A stretch of 45,201 nucleotides of DNA from a virus (taxonomy: Duplodnaviria; Caudoviricetes): positions 1-45,201 of IMG/VR virus record IMGVR_UViG_3300037424_000369. One strand, written 5' to 3'. Both the position numbers and the translations under genes were made by a program. A model generated the notes under the pieces. That model was not told the origin of the DNA, made no database searches, and was given only the letters and a program-made list of their open reading frames with translations. This document shows, in pieces, positions 1 to 9,552 of the stretch (positions within the stretch are counted from its first letter, which is position 1; every line of letters starts with the position of its first letter).

Positions 1-185
1 TTCGAGAGCCAGGGCCGGAGAATCTAAGCAAGATTGCATAGGCGTTTCCGGTTCCGCCGCAGGCACCGCCTATATCAAGCCGATTGCGCTGGTCGACTGT
101 AACCGTACAGGCATTGATGATTGTACGGGTAAGAAATGATGCGCCGTGTCCCATGTTGGCAAAGCCCTGAGCCGGACAGGGAGTG
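1..185. repeat. Left copy of terminal direct repeat (circular overlap) matching 45017-45201
   Basis: 1-127 identical to 45017-45143; 128-185 differ from 45144-45201 at six positions (128,134,143,146,149,185). Confidence 0.97.
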
Positions 186-808
186 ATGGTACAACTATCG
201 AATTTAATATCGTGCGTTCCGCTTGTCGAATAAGCATCAACCACCACGACCGCGCCGTCATAATTGCAACGGTTTGAGAATCCCTGCGAATTACTGGTAA
301 AGATGCACCGACTAAACGATATATTATAAACGCCCGAACCGCCCTTATCGTAAACGCAATTGGCATTGTCGCCAGTAACCACGACCCTCAAATCTTGAAA
401 GAATATATCGTGCGGACCGATTGACGATTGCTGTTGAAATTGAATACCCTTGCATCCATCGGGAATTGTATCGTTAGTCGCCACGTGAAGGAGTACGCCG
501 TTAATTACCCTGATGTTGTATGAACTTGACGCGAAATAGAAACCGTAATAGCTATCGCCATTGTTAGAGCCAAAGGCTATAGTATCGCCCATCAGATTAA
601 AGACGATATCGTGGCCGGTGAAATTGATGCCGCTGCCAGTTCCGGTAACTTTGGTCCCGTTGACAATAAGTGTCTCAGAATAGGCCGTGCCCGTCTGATT
701 GGCGGTATATGGCAATGACGATATGGTCGTGGTCGTGCCCCACGCCGCACTCAAATTGAGTACGATTGCACTCAAAATGAGAACGGTTATTCTGAAAACT
801 TTATCCAT
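1..808 (-). CDS. 5' part of a 717-aa secreted beta-helix/FN3-like protein that continues across the circular junction into 45016..43671 (missed by ORF track)
   Basis: Hand translation from ATG at 808 is open to position 1: MDKVFRITVLILSAIVLNLSAAWG-TTTTISSLPYTANQ...CPAQGFANMGHGASFLTRT, in frame with the 43671..45170 ORF. N-terminus has basic n-region, hydrophobic h-region and A-W-G cleavage motif. Confidence 0.9.
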   Translation of the reverse strand, partial: MDKVFRITVLILSAIVLNLSAAWGTTTTISSLPYTANQTGTAYSETLIVNGTKVTGTGSGINFTGHDIVFNLMGDTIAFGSNNGDSYYGFYFASSSYNIRVINGVLLHVATNDTIPDGCKGIQFQQQSSIGPHDIFFQDLRVVVTGDNANCVYDKGGSGVYNISFSRCIFTSNSQGFSNRCNYDGAVVVVDAYSTSGTHDIKFDSCTITPCPAQGFANMGHGASFLTRTIINACTVTVDQRNRLDIGGACGGTGNAYAILLRFSGPGSR

Positions 809-1008
809 AATCCCAATACTATTAATGCTAACCCCCATGCGCCCACTAACATATTGCGCCAGTTTTCCAACTTACGTACGCGACCATTCTGGTTTTCAAC
901 CAGTCCCTTGGTTTCAGAAAGCATGGTTTTGATTGTCCGAATATCTGCCCTGAATTCTCCCAAGTCCTCTGCATAGGGGCAGTTGATTCTTTCGTGTTCG
1001 TCAGCCAT
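787..1008 (-). CDS. Small membrane protein, coiled-coil plus C-terminal TM helix (holin/XhlA-like phage family)
   Basis: 73 aa, QNGRVRKLENWRN followed by hydrophobic MLVGAWGLALIVLGLWI; AAGGAG RBS upstream. Confidence 0.6.
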   Translation of the reverse strand: MADEHERINCPYAEDLGEFRADIRTIKTMLSETKGLVENQNGRVRKLENWRNMLVGAWGLALIVLGLWIKFSE

Positions 1009-1016
1009 GTTGCTCC

Positions 1017-4000
1017 TTATCGCCTACCGCTACGGTTGCTGTTTGAGGTTTTTGAGTACGTGTTTGTTGAAACACCCAAAAAGTTTAACGGACTTGCTAT
1101 CGAAACAGTTTTTATTCCTCCACTTTTATAGGCATCTTTAATATCTTGTAACACCATAGGAGTAACAGCACCCAACATCGCTTCTGATGGAGTGATTTCA
1201 TCACCAACCATATCCTTGCCCATAAGCAACGAATAGGGCAATGTTACTGATGGAGCAAGTTTGTAGGCCGTGAAACGATAGAACATTTCTATCGGGTCCC
1301 AATTCTTTCGGTCCTCTGGATTTTCTATGCCATTAATAGTTCTGGCAACCAACCTCATCGGTTGTTGCATACCAGCCCATATATCTACTCTTGTATCACC
1401 AAACTTTATCTTGCCCCAATCAGGGTCATCGGGGTCGGATATGTTCACATCGAGTCCGGCCATTTTTGCAAGTCCTAATGCCATTGTACCAACCGTAAGC
1501 ACACCAACCATATCCTTGGCAATCGCCACACGAATCCTTGGTTCTTTGAAATACTTAAACATCATATATGGTGTTTGTATTCTACTAACAGAGAACCGAG
1601 GAGCAAAAAAGACCGTAGAGAGTGCGTTTGCCGAAGATGCCAAACTGCCAAGATTGCCTCTGCCAGATGCCACGTTTACCCAATCAGCCCACGCCTTTAG
1701 TTCGGCAGTAGTAGCATTGGGATTGGCCTTTAGAAATTCATCAAACACAGACGAGCGCAAAAGATTAAGGTGCGTAGCCATTTGCCGATTAGATGCCTTG
1801 ATTACTTTCCCAAATACAGGAGTCTTTTCGACAAGGTTAGCCATGAACATTTCTTCTCTGGCATTTATCTTGCCATCAAGTTCAGCCAAATACAGGCCTG
1901 CCCTATCTCTCAAATATTGAGTGGGGCTTGTGCGAATAGCATTATCAATCTGGTCTGCGGTATATTGGCTAAAAAACGACTTGAACGACTTGGCAAATGT
2001 TTTAATGGCCAAGGCTGGTCTGCCTGCCGAAAGCACAAAACCCTGCCTAAGCGTAGCGGACATATCAGCAGTAGCTTTTAATGTTCTGGCCGTATTTACA
2101 ACTTCAATACCAACTTTCTTAACTGTCCAAGGTTGTTGGTCCCTAATGGCCTGTCTGATTTTACGCTTTGCCACACGCAGTTCTACTTGTTTACGTTCAA
2201 GGTCAGGTGGCAGTTTTTTGATGGTTTTTTCTTCTGGTATTTTGAAATCGCCAGTTCTTAGTTGCTCATTAAGGTCGGCCAACATATCTTCCGTGTGCAT
2301 GGTCTTACGTAAATCAGATATTTTAGCCTTCATATCTTTGAGTTGTTCGGTTTCTATGGGTTTGTTCTTCCGTAGATTCCTATAGCCATTATCGAGTTGG
2401 TCTTGGAGTTTATTGATGGTGGTAAGTGCTTTCTCAAGACGAGACGGAGCAATGCCCGACTTATAGGCTTCTCTACGCAACTCCTTTAGTTTATTTTGCA
2501 GAACCCTAATCTCAAGCGGATTAGGAGACCTGCTCTTAGCTCTTTCAAATATTCCGTTCTCGGCGTTCTCAATATCCACAAGTAGTTTAGATTGTTTTTT
2601 GATTTGTGCAATCTTTTTCTCTGTGGCAGTGCGAAACTTACCCTGACGATTAGGGTCTTTGGCAATAATAGACTTATAGATGTCCCTCTCGGAAAGTTGG
2701 GGCAAATCGGCCTTAACTAACTTAACCACTTCGTCAAGAGTTAGTGCGCCCTCTTTGATGTAGTTGATTGCGAGTTTACCAACAAGATATGCACCCTCGG
2801 CGGTTACCCCCGTGACATCGTTTACCCGATAACCCAACTTAGCCAAGTCTGCTTTAATTTGTTTGCGTTGATTGTAAAGGTCTACTTTGGCCTCTGCTGT
2901 TCTCTGCCGTATCTGAGATTTTTGAGTTTCTCTTTTAGCCACAAGCTCGGCTTGAAGTCTCTCCGACTCCTGTAAACTGGCCTGATGTTTAATGTCAAGT
3001 TCGTTGTACTGTTTTTCAAGATTGGCATATTCATCCGCCATCTTTTGAAACTTAGTTATTTCTTCTGGTGTTAGCTTGGCACCCTTGGATACCTGTGCCC
3101 TTTGTACTATACTTGCAAGGTCGTAGTTTTCGGCATTAATCATCATGCGCCGAATAGATAAAGCACGAGCCGTTTCACGACCAGACATATCAGATGCTTC
3201 GGTTAGCTTGTCTATGTGGTCAAGAATAGTATTAGACCTTTGGCGTTCAATCTCTATGGCCTTTTCATCACCCTTGGCGATAAGGTCATTTATAGATTTA
3301 ACGCTCTCGTTATATTCGTTTTTGAGTTCGGCGGCTTTTATAACCATTCCGGCGTGTTCTTCTTGCGACACCATACGCTTAGAAGATAACACTTCATCGG
3401 CGGTAGATAATGCAGATTGGTCTAACTTGTCTTGTTTAGCCCTTTCGAGGGTATTAACCCACGTAGTTTTTTCGGTAGGGTCGAGTTCGTCAATGCCAGT
3501 ATTTCTGCGAATGGTTTCAATCTCTACCTTATTAAGCCCAATAACATTCTCGCCACTCGGCATTTCCGTTGTCATCTTTGCGGGGATGTCAACAGGTTTT
3601 AACTCACTCGGTTTAATTTCGGCGGTTTTAACCTGTGCGGTTTCAAGGGGGGTTGGACCAAACGCACGTTCCGTACCAAGTTCGGGTGTCCACTCCTTCG
3701 GTTTAATTTCGGCGGTTTTAACCCGTGCGGTTTCAAGGGGGGTTGGACCAAACGCACGTTCCGTACCAAGTTCGGGTGTCCACTCCTTAGACTTCTGTGG
3801 TTCTGCTATTATAGGAGGAGGGGGAGTAGGTAATGGTTGTCTCTCTGCACTTAATCCTGTGGTTGCTTGTTCGAGTTGGTCTGCCAACGCAGGAGAAACA
3901 GGTTTGCGAGTATGATAATCTACCCAATTACCTTCGGGTTCACGATGTAGCAGTTGAGATACCCCACCGCTTTTAACGCTTACAACATCACCCTGAACTC

Positions 4001-4664
4001 CTTCAAGTTTAGGCATTACCTTAATATCTGGAGTCTTGATTTCGTTTTTCAAGGTTTCCATTGTATATTTAGCAGACTTTGGTAGCCCCGCTAATTTAGC
4101 TCCACCAAGGGTAACTAATGGTGCTTGGGTCATGCCAACCACGTTTTCGGGAGAAGTAACTTCACCCCAAGATGGTCCACCCTTAGTGCCCTCTGTACTT
4201 AATTTAATTCGTGCGGCTAATTTAGCCCAGGGGTCAACCAATGGCTCGGCAATATCTTTTTTAAACTCTTGAGCAGGCGCATCCATTTCTTCAGGCGACA
4301 CATCCTGCCCCGTAATAACCTTATAGGCGTTGGCAAATGCTTTTTTATCAATATCGTATAACTTCTTTAAGAACATAGGTGCACTCGCTACACCCTTAAT
4401 TGCGGCGATACCAAGGTTGGTAATATATGGAACATGAGTGGGGGTAGTCGGCACATTAGGCACAGACCAATCCTTAGACATTACCTCTTGGTATTTATCC
4501 CAAATGCCCCCAGACGTAGGCGTAGCCTGTGCGCTACTTGACATCACAGATTGTGATTTCAAGTTTGAGGTCGCAGGTTGCGACTTTAAGGCTCTGTTCT
4601 CGTCCATCTTTTTCCTGAGTCTATTCAACTCAAGTTTTTTGCGGATGTCGTTAATGTCTGGCAT
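1017..4664 (-). CDS. Large internal virion / DNA ejection protein (1215 aa)
   Basis: Long alpha-helical K/E-rich protein, last of three genes following the nozzle gene, the usual place for podovirus ejection proteins. Confidence 0.65.
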   Translation of the reverse strand: MPDINDIRKKLELNRLRKKMDENRALKSQPATSNLKSQSVMSSSAQATPTSGGIWDKYQEVMSKDWSVPNVPTTPTHVPYITNLGIAAIKGVASAPMFLKKLYDIDKKAFANAYKVITGQDVSPEEMDAPAQEFKKDIAEPLVDPWAKLAARIKLSTEGTKGGPSWGEVTSPENVVGMTQAPLVTLGGAKLAGLPKSAKYTMETLKNEIKTPDIKVMPKLEGVQGDVVSVKSGGVSQLLHREPEGNWVDYHTRKPVSPALADQLEQATTGLSAERQPLPTPPPPIIAEPQKSKEWTPELGTERAFGPTPLETARVKTAEIKPKEWTPELGTERAFGPTPLETAQVKTAEIKPSELKPVDIPAKMTTEMPSGENVIGLNKVEIETIRRNTGIDELDPTEKTTWVNTLERAKQDKLDQSALSTADEVLSSKRMVSQEEHAGMVIKAAELKNEYNESVKSINDLIAKGDEKAIEIERQRSNTILDHIDKLTEASDMSGRETARALSIRRMMINAENYDLASIVQRAQVSKGAKLTPEEITKFQKMADEYANLEKQYNELDIKHQASLQESERLQAELVAKRETQKSQIRQRTAEAKVDLYNQRKQIKADLAKLGYRVNDVTGVTAEGAYLVGKLAINYIKEGALTLDEVVKLVKADLPQLSERDIYKSIIAKDPNRQGKFRTATEKKIAQIKKQSKLLVDIENAENGIFERAKSRSPNPLEIRVLQNKLKELRREAYKSGIAPSRLEKALTTINKLQDQLDNGYRNLRKNKPIETEQLKDMKAKISDLRKTMHTEDMLADLNEQLRTGDFKIPEEKTIKKLPPDLERKQVELRVAKRKIRQAIRDQQPWTVKKVGIEVVNTARTLKATADMSATLRQGFVLSAGRPALAIKTFAKSFKSFFSQYTADQIDNAIRTSPTQYLRDRAGLYLAELDGKINAREEMFMANLVEKTPVFGKVIKASNRQMATHLNLLRSSVFDEFLKANPNATTAELKAWADWVNVASGRGNLGSLASSANALSTVFFAPRFSVSRIQTPYMMFKYFKEPRIRVAIAKDMVGVLTVGTMALGLAKMAGLDVNISDPDDPDWGKIKFGDTRVDIWAGMQQPMRLVARTINGIENPEDRKNWDPIEMFYRFTAYKLAPSVTLPYSLLMGKDMVGDEITPSEAMLGAVTPMVLQDIKDAYKSGGIKTVSIASPLNFLGVSTNTYSKTSNSNRSGRR
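3608..3787. repeat. 90-bp tandem duplication (2 copies) within the ejection protein gene
   Basis: 3608-3697 vs 3698-3787, one mismatch (3634 T / 3724 C); encodes KEWTPELGTERAFGPTPLETA(R/Q)VKTAEIKP twice. Confidence 0.95.
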
Positions 4665-5509
4665 TACTGCCCCATAACCGCATCAATTTCTTCGTCTGTA
4701 TATCCCTCTGATTTTAATTGCTCACGCATTGGGTCTTTTGGTTCTTCGGTTTCCTTACTGGTCATATAAGATGACATCGGAAACATATTATCAAGAGCTA
4801 ACTTTTCACGCATTAACTGGAGATACTCGGTAGGTTTCCATCCTTCTGGATTCTGCGGAACTGTTAATGTCCCGAATTCGTCTAACGCCTTAACCGCCAT
4901 CGGGAAAACCTTTTTATTCTCTGTGTTCTTATAAACAAAATTACGAATATCCGCAGTACGCTTATTGGGGTCGATAAACTTGCCAGACGCTTTGTCAGCA
5001 GGGTTCCGTAAAGTTTTTAACTGCTCTTTTTTAATCTCAAGATTTATTAATTCTAAAGGATTAAGTCCTTTGGGCGGTATCAACCCCTCATTCATCGTTT
5101 CCGCAGTATTGTAATACTGCTTAGTCCGTTCCGCAAACGGTGAACTCGCCATCCTGTCTGGCATCTGTGGTAAGCCCACAACATCACGTTGCATATTACG
5201 CAGAATGTCTGCGGGCACCTGATGTTGCTGATACATACCAGCATCGTAAGCCGCACCCAACGGCGCACCACTTCTCGGAGACAGCATCGGGGCAGTACCA
5301 ACAACCTGATTGTTGGTTGGATTCTGGCCAATCGCTCCGAACAATAGATTCTTTCTGGCATCCTCGTCAGCCTTCTGTTGGAGCATCGCCGTCTTGAATG
5401 TGTTCTCGAACTCCCGTTGCTTCTGTTGGTCCACCTGTTGTTTGTACTGCATCAGCATCGTACCAATCTCTTGCAACCCACGAGCTACGTTACGATTCTT
5501 TGGAGCCAT
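4664..5509 (-). CDS. Putative ejection / internal virion protein (~281 aa; likely start MAPKNRNV)
   Basis: Q/M-rich helical protein; ATG at 5509 overlaps the upstream stop (TAATG), favouring it over the 5575 start in the track. Confidence 0.55.
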   Translation of the reverse strand: MAPKNRNVARGLQEIGTMLMQYKQQVDQQKQREFENTFKTAMLQQKADEDARKNLLFGAIGQNPTNNQVVGTAPMLSPRSGAPLGAAYDAGMYQQHQVPADILRNMQRDVVGLPQMPDRMASSPFAERTKQYYNTAETMNEGLIPPKGLNPLELINLEIKKEQLKTLRNPADKASGKFIDPNKRTADIRNFVYKNTENKKVFPMAVKALDEFGTLTVPQNPEGWKPTEYLQLMREKLALDNMFPMSSYMTSKETEEPKDPMREQLKSEGYTDEEIDAVMGQ

Positions 5510-6087
5510 TACATTCCTAACCATCTCTGCCAAGCCTGCATTGCGGCCTGCTGGTTCTGTTGGTTGCCACCCCAATAGTTACCGAACTGAGATAGACCCT
5601 GTTGCATATTCTGTGCTCTTGTGCCTGCGTCTATGCCCGCCAACGCAGATGACATACCGCCTGACTGTTGCCCAAGCAACTGCTGTAACGCCTGTGCCTG
5701 TGCACCTGACCCTTGCATCCTCGGAGAGAACGATGAACGCAACTGGTCTTGCTGTTGTGCGAACTGCGGCCTCATCGTCTGCATGGCGGAACCGAATATC
5801 TGCTGAATCAATTCTGGGGATAGTCCCATCTGGCCCGACATGGCCTTGCGTAGATAATCTCCGTATTCAGGAGTTAGTTGGTTATTAAGGTTACGGGAAT
5901 TGGTATAGTTGCCTATAACATCGCCCTGCTGTTGCCACCACTCAGAACGACCTATCCCATTACCGGTAGCGTAATCAGGTTGGCCCTGAAACATACCAAC
6001 TATTGAGCCGAGTCCGTTAAGACCCATGCCTATAGGATTCGGCCAATCCATGAACCCACCACCGCCACCTGTTGTTGGACCTGCCAT
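5509..6087 (-). CDS. Putative DNA pilot / ejection protein (192 aa)
   Basis: G/Q/M-rich low-complexity protein with glycine-rich amphipathic N-terminus (IGMGLNGLGSIVGMF), position after nozzle. Confidence 0.6.
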   Translation of the reverse strand: MAGPTTGGGGGFMDWPNPIGMGLNGLGSIVGMFQGQPDYATGNGIGRSEWWQQQGDVIGNYTNSRNLNNQLTPEYGDYLRKAMSGQMGLSPELIQQIFGSAMQTMRPQFAQQQDQLRSSFSPRMQGSGAQAQALQQLLGQQSGGMSSALAGIDAGTRAQNMQQGLSQFGNYWGGNQQNQQAAMQAWQRWLGM

Positions 6088-6088
6088 A

Positions 6089-6385
6089 TTAGCCCCCTAT
6101 GACAAACCACATTACGTAAGACGTATCTGCGTTGTCACTTGATTTTATTGTGAACTTGTCTTTATACTTCATTGTCGTTACGCTGTACTTGTTGGCCGCA
6201 GTATCGTTTATCGGAGTAATCATTACCGCCAACTCCTTGTACACTTTCTTGAGCACAACCATAACTTCGCCAGATGTCAGCTTCGATTTGCCGTACTCAA
6301 TCATAGTATCACGGCCATTGATAACTTCGGGAAACAGTTTCTTTAACTGTCCCACATCTGTCGGTGATAAACTTGTCTTTGCCAT
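6089..6385 (-). CDS. Small virion protein, beta-rich C-terminus ending V-M-W-F-V-I-G (tail-fibre/H-type-lectin-like end)
   Basis: 98 aa, ...FTIKSSDNADTSYVMWFVIGG; follows nozzle gene. Confidence 0.45.
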   Translation of the reverse strand: MAKTSLSPTDVGQLKKLFPEVINGRDTMIEYGKSKLTSGEVMVVLKKVYKELAVMITPINDTAANKYSVTTMKYKDKFTIKSSDNADTSYVMWFVIGG

Positions 6386-6387
6386 AA

Positions 6388-8499
6388 TTACCTTATTGGA
6401 GTTCCCCTATTCTCGTAGTACACCTTCGCCTGTAGTAACGCGAACTTACTCATCTGGTCGCTACCTATAAAGCGTATCGAAGCCCTCGTGCCATTAGCCC
6501 CGTTCTTTATGCGGAACTTCTGGCGTTTAACTGGTAATGTTGAATCGTAACTTATCGTCTGTTGAAATGCTGTGTCGGTACTCGGCGCACCATCCACTAT
6601 CAGTTCCAACATTCCAACCGTTCCTCGAAACATATCGTTGCCAATATGCTCAAAGTAAATCTCAACTTCCTTGAACGACTTTTCTTGGTTGCCGTCACCA
6701 CAGGCCGAATCTATTGTGCGAACCTCAAAATCCGGCTGAACAGCACCATAGTTATACGGAGTTCTACCAAGTATGTTGACATAAACACCATCGAAGAATA
6801 CAAGGTTTTCACCCGACCTGTCCGGTATCTCCGGCAAGAACGCCTGTATGCCAGTCCATCTTGTCCATGCACCCGTAGGAATATGGTAGGCATAGGCAAC
6901 AATATTTCTGCTGTAATTTGGAGAATCAATTTCGCTTGGGTCAAATACTACGTCACTGCCATCGTTACCACCACCACCACCACCATCATTCGGTGGAGGT
7001 GTCACAGGATAACTGATGCCCTCTATCGGTTCTGCCCATACCGCATCATCGCCATAGTCGGGAGGCGGAGGTGGCGGAGGAGGAGGTGGCGGAGGCGGTC
7101 CATCACCACCGGGTTCGAGCCAATCGCCACCAGGCCCATCGCCATAGCCATGACCCCAGATAGGTGCCCAATGCACAGGTGGAAATGTCGTAGGCAATGG
7201 TGACTCTGATATTGGACCGGTTGTTACGCTTCTGCCTAAAACATTAGGAGAATACATCCAAAGCACGTAGTAATCTTTGTGCAGACTTGCCCAATAGTTA
7301 CTACTCTCGGGTATACGTACTGTTCTTGATATATCTTGAAACGAACCGCCGTTATACATCACCACACGCTTTTGGCTGTCTAAGAATATGCAACGGTTAG
7401 AGTCAATAGTTTTAATAGTCTTGTGCCATGTGGTGCCGTAGGTAGCCGACAGTTCACGGTAGTCATAGTTGGCGACCTGACTTCCCCAGAAACCATAGAT
7501 ACGATTCTTCTTGAAGATTAAAAGTACATCGCCCACAGGGGATAGGGCCGTTAATAAGTCGGGGTCGCCTACAGGAATAGAGTTTAATAAGGGCCAGTTC
7601 TCATAAGAGAATTGACTTGTGTAACGAAGAATGGATGAGTCTTTAGTGAATCCCCAACCCGTACCATTGTGGATAGTCATACATTCAAGGTCCTCTGGAG
7701 GCAGACCGTATTGAGTTACGTCTAAAACTTCTTGGGTAACAAGGGTAGTATCAGAAACACTATCGCTCGAAGTAGTAATATTGCCATTGATAACTCCGAC
7801 AAGATAATACACAAGAGGATTAGTTTGGCTTGTTTCGGAAGCATTGGCCTTGGTGCGGTAGAGGTATTTATAGGTTCCCTCACACGTAGGTATATGTCTT
7901 ATGCCGATAGCCCCAGATAATCCAGTACCTATGGTAACTTCCATAGGTTCGCTTGGTGTTGACCTAAACCCATTTTTGTCGGTAACAATAAGTAGATAGT
8001 GATGCAAGCCCTCATCGGGACCAGTACCACTTGGTGGACTGGGGATGTCAAAAGCCATTAGTGAATTATCTATTGATTTCCCCATCAGCCTTGTATCTAA
8101 ATTAATATCCATCACAGAGGGCTTGATACCGCCAACAAAGTATATCTTGTCCTCATCGGGGATGGCGAACTTAGACTTCAACGGAACCGAGAGATTCTTC
8201 GCCTGACCTACAGAGTTGAGATACCTGCTTATTGGCAAGGCCTGTGTATCACCAATAAGAACATAGGGCCAATGGCTTGTCTTATAGTCTTGAAATCGGA
8301 CAAGCCAGTTGCCCCTGAAATCAGACGCAGGCGACATACGCTTGGTAACGGGAGGTCTCGACGAAACTCCCCCCATAGGCGCACGGCTGAAGTCTGCGTT
8401 CTCACAAACACGCAATGCTTCAGGTGGCGCAGCGTCACTACCAAGCCCGTCCATCAGCCCCCCCGCAAATGAGGGAAACAGGTAATCAATGCGTGGCAT
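6388..8499 (-). CDS. Tail nozzle / packaged-DNA stabilisation protein (beta-propeller type) with Pro/Gly-rich insertion
   Basis: N-terminal FAGGL...CENADF motif, YLYRT and LLIFKKNRIY motifs, C-terminal KSFKEVEIY; follows adaptor genes. Confidence 0.7.
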   Translation of the reverse strand: MPRIDYLFPSFAGGLMDGLGSDAAPPEALRVCENADFSRAPMGGVSSRPPVTKRMSPASDFRGNWLVRFQDYKTSHWPYVLIGDTQALPISRYLNSVGQAKNLSVPLKSKFAIPDEDKIYFVGGIKPSVMDINLDTRLMGKSIDNSLMAFDIPSPPSGTGPDEGLHHYLLIVTDKNGFRSTPSEPMEVTIGTGLSGAIGIRHIPTCEGTYKYLYRTKANASETSQTNPLVYYLVGVINGNITTSSDSVSDTTLVTQEVLDVTQYGLPPEDLECMTIHNGTGWGFTKDSSILRYTSQFSYENWPLLNSIPVGDPDLLTALSPVGDVLLIFKKNRIYGFWGSQVANYDYRELSATYGTTWHKTIKTIDSNRCIFLDSQKRVVMYNGGSFQDISRTVRIPESSNYWASLHKDYYVLWMYSPNVLGRSVTTGPISESPLPTTFPPVHWAPIWGHGYGDGPGGDWLEPGGDGPPPPPPPPPPPPPDYGDDAVWAEPIEGISYPVTPPPNDGGGGGGNDGSDVVFDPSEIDSPNYSRNIVAYAYHIPTGAWTRWTGIQAFLPEIPDRSGENLVFFDGVYVNILGRTPYNYGAVQPDFEVRTIDSACGDGNQEKSFKEVEIYFEHIGNDMFRGTVGMLELIVDGAPSTDTAFQQTISYDSTLPVKRQKFRIKNGANGTRASIRFIGSDQMSKFALLQAKVYYENRGTPIR

Positions 8500-8888
8500 T
8501 AGTCTTTAGCTAACCATTCGATTGTGTAGGTTGCCGCATACGTGCCCGTACCAGTAAATATGAACCTGATATACCGACCGAACCCAATCGCAGTAGCAGG
8601 TGTAGCCTCAGTAATAGCGGCGGTATGGTTCGGTATAATGTCCAAGTATGAATCTGTCGATGCATCTGATACGTCTGCATGACTCCATATAATTATCAAA
8701 TCATGCCATGTAGAGTTATCGTTTGATGTCTGGATTTTCAAAGAGCCTGTGTTGGTTGAACCAGTACAAGTTCCGAACTTTGTGGAAATAATTAAGTCTT
8801 TGTATCCACTAACATCAATGGGACTACCTGTGGTTGTTGCAGTAATCGCTGATTGCGATTCTCTGCCATTTAGAAAAGAAACGGACAT
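8499..8888 (-). CDS. Small beta-sandwich (jelly-roll-like) virion protein
   Basis: 129 aa, SPIDVSGY...KIQTSNDNSTWHDL...GRYIRF pattern typical of small phage structural proteins; no signal peptide. Confidence 0.55.
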   Translation of the reverse strand: MSVSFLNGRESQSAITATTTGSPIDVSGYKDLIISTKFGTCTGSTNTGSLKIQTSNDNSTWHDLIIIWSHADVSDASTDSYLDIIPNHTAAITEATPATAIGFGRYIRFIFTGTGTYAATYTIEWLAKD

Positions 8889-8899
8889 TGCGCCCTCCC

Positions 8900-9544
8900 T
8901 TAATTAGCGTTGCCGGAAGTACCCGCAGGTGTGGATACTCCAACAATGCCTTTTTTGCTGTATTGTGCTATGCCTTCTTTGGTGTAGCGCATTATCTCCT
9001 GCACCAACCATTGAGCTTTCGTTAATTGGTTATCTTTAATAGCTATCTCTTTAGCCACATAATACGGAACCACCATCTGATAATCGTCTGGAATAACAAG
9101 AGAGTCCGTCAACGCCGTCAGCGCATCCGGTAGTTTCGCTATCAGAACATTGAGTGTTGCGTTATCCGGTAACGATGGTATTGATGGATATATCGAAACA
9201 TAGTTGCCACGATACGCCCAGAAGTAAGGGTAATCGCTATCTGCTGCATGAGGTATGGCATCGGGGCTTATAGGTATCAACGGCCTTACGCCAACGTCAT
9301 TACCATAGTTGTACTCAATACTCAGAACCGCAGACGCACCAGTAGGCGGTGAATACCTGACGGTACTGGCAAGCAAGGTAATTGTACCCCAAGATTGGTA
9401 GCACCCCGATTCGGCAGCCACCCACTTCTGGGCATCGGATGTTAGCTTGATTAATCGTGCCGCTGAAATTACATTAACATCGGTCGATTCTTCCAGCAAG
9501 TCATGTACCTTGAGCACAACGTCATTTACTGTATAGAGTGCCAC
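8900..9544 (-). CDS. Head-tail adaptor-like protein
   Basis: 214 aa, LIKLTSDAQKWV, YFWAY, IYP, LVIPDDYQMVVPYYVA pattern of podovirus adaptor family; position after capsid. Confidence 0.65.
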   Translation of the reverse strand: MALYTVNDVVLKVHDLLEESTDVNVISAARLIKLTSDAQKWVAAESGCYQSWGTITLLASTVRYSPPTGASAVLSIEYNYGNDVGVRPLIPISPDAIPHAADSDYPYFWAYRGNYVSIYPSIPSLPDNATLNVLIAKLPDALTALTDSLVIPDDYQMVVPYYVAKEIAIKDNQLTKAQWLVQEIMRYTKEGIAQYSKKGIVGVSTPAGTSGNAN

Positions 9545-9552
9545 ATCTACTC

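Noticed and set aside
1-185. True biological terminal repeat (T7-like DTR)
   Set aside because: It falls mid-gene and the identical part is exactly 127 bp, more consistent with assembly overlap of a circular or permuted genome; cannot be fully excluded without reads.
70-932. Track ORFs 70..366 (-) and 699..932 (+)
   Set aside because: They overlap the junction-spanning 808-start gene, whose frame is supported by the signal peptide and by silent-only differences between the terminal repeats.
1327-4677. Long + strand ORFs antisense to the ejection gene (e.g. 3145..3915)
   Set aside because: Antisense shadows with S/L-rich composition and no recognisable motifs, in an all-minus operon.
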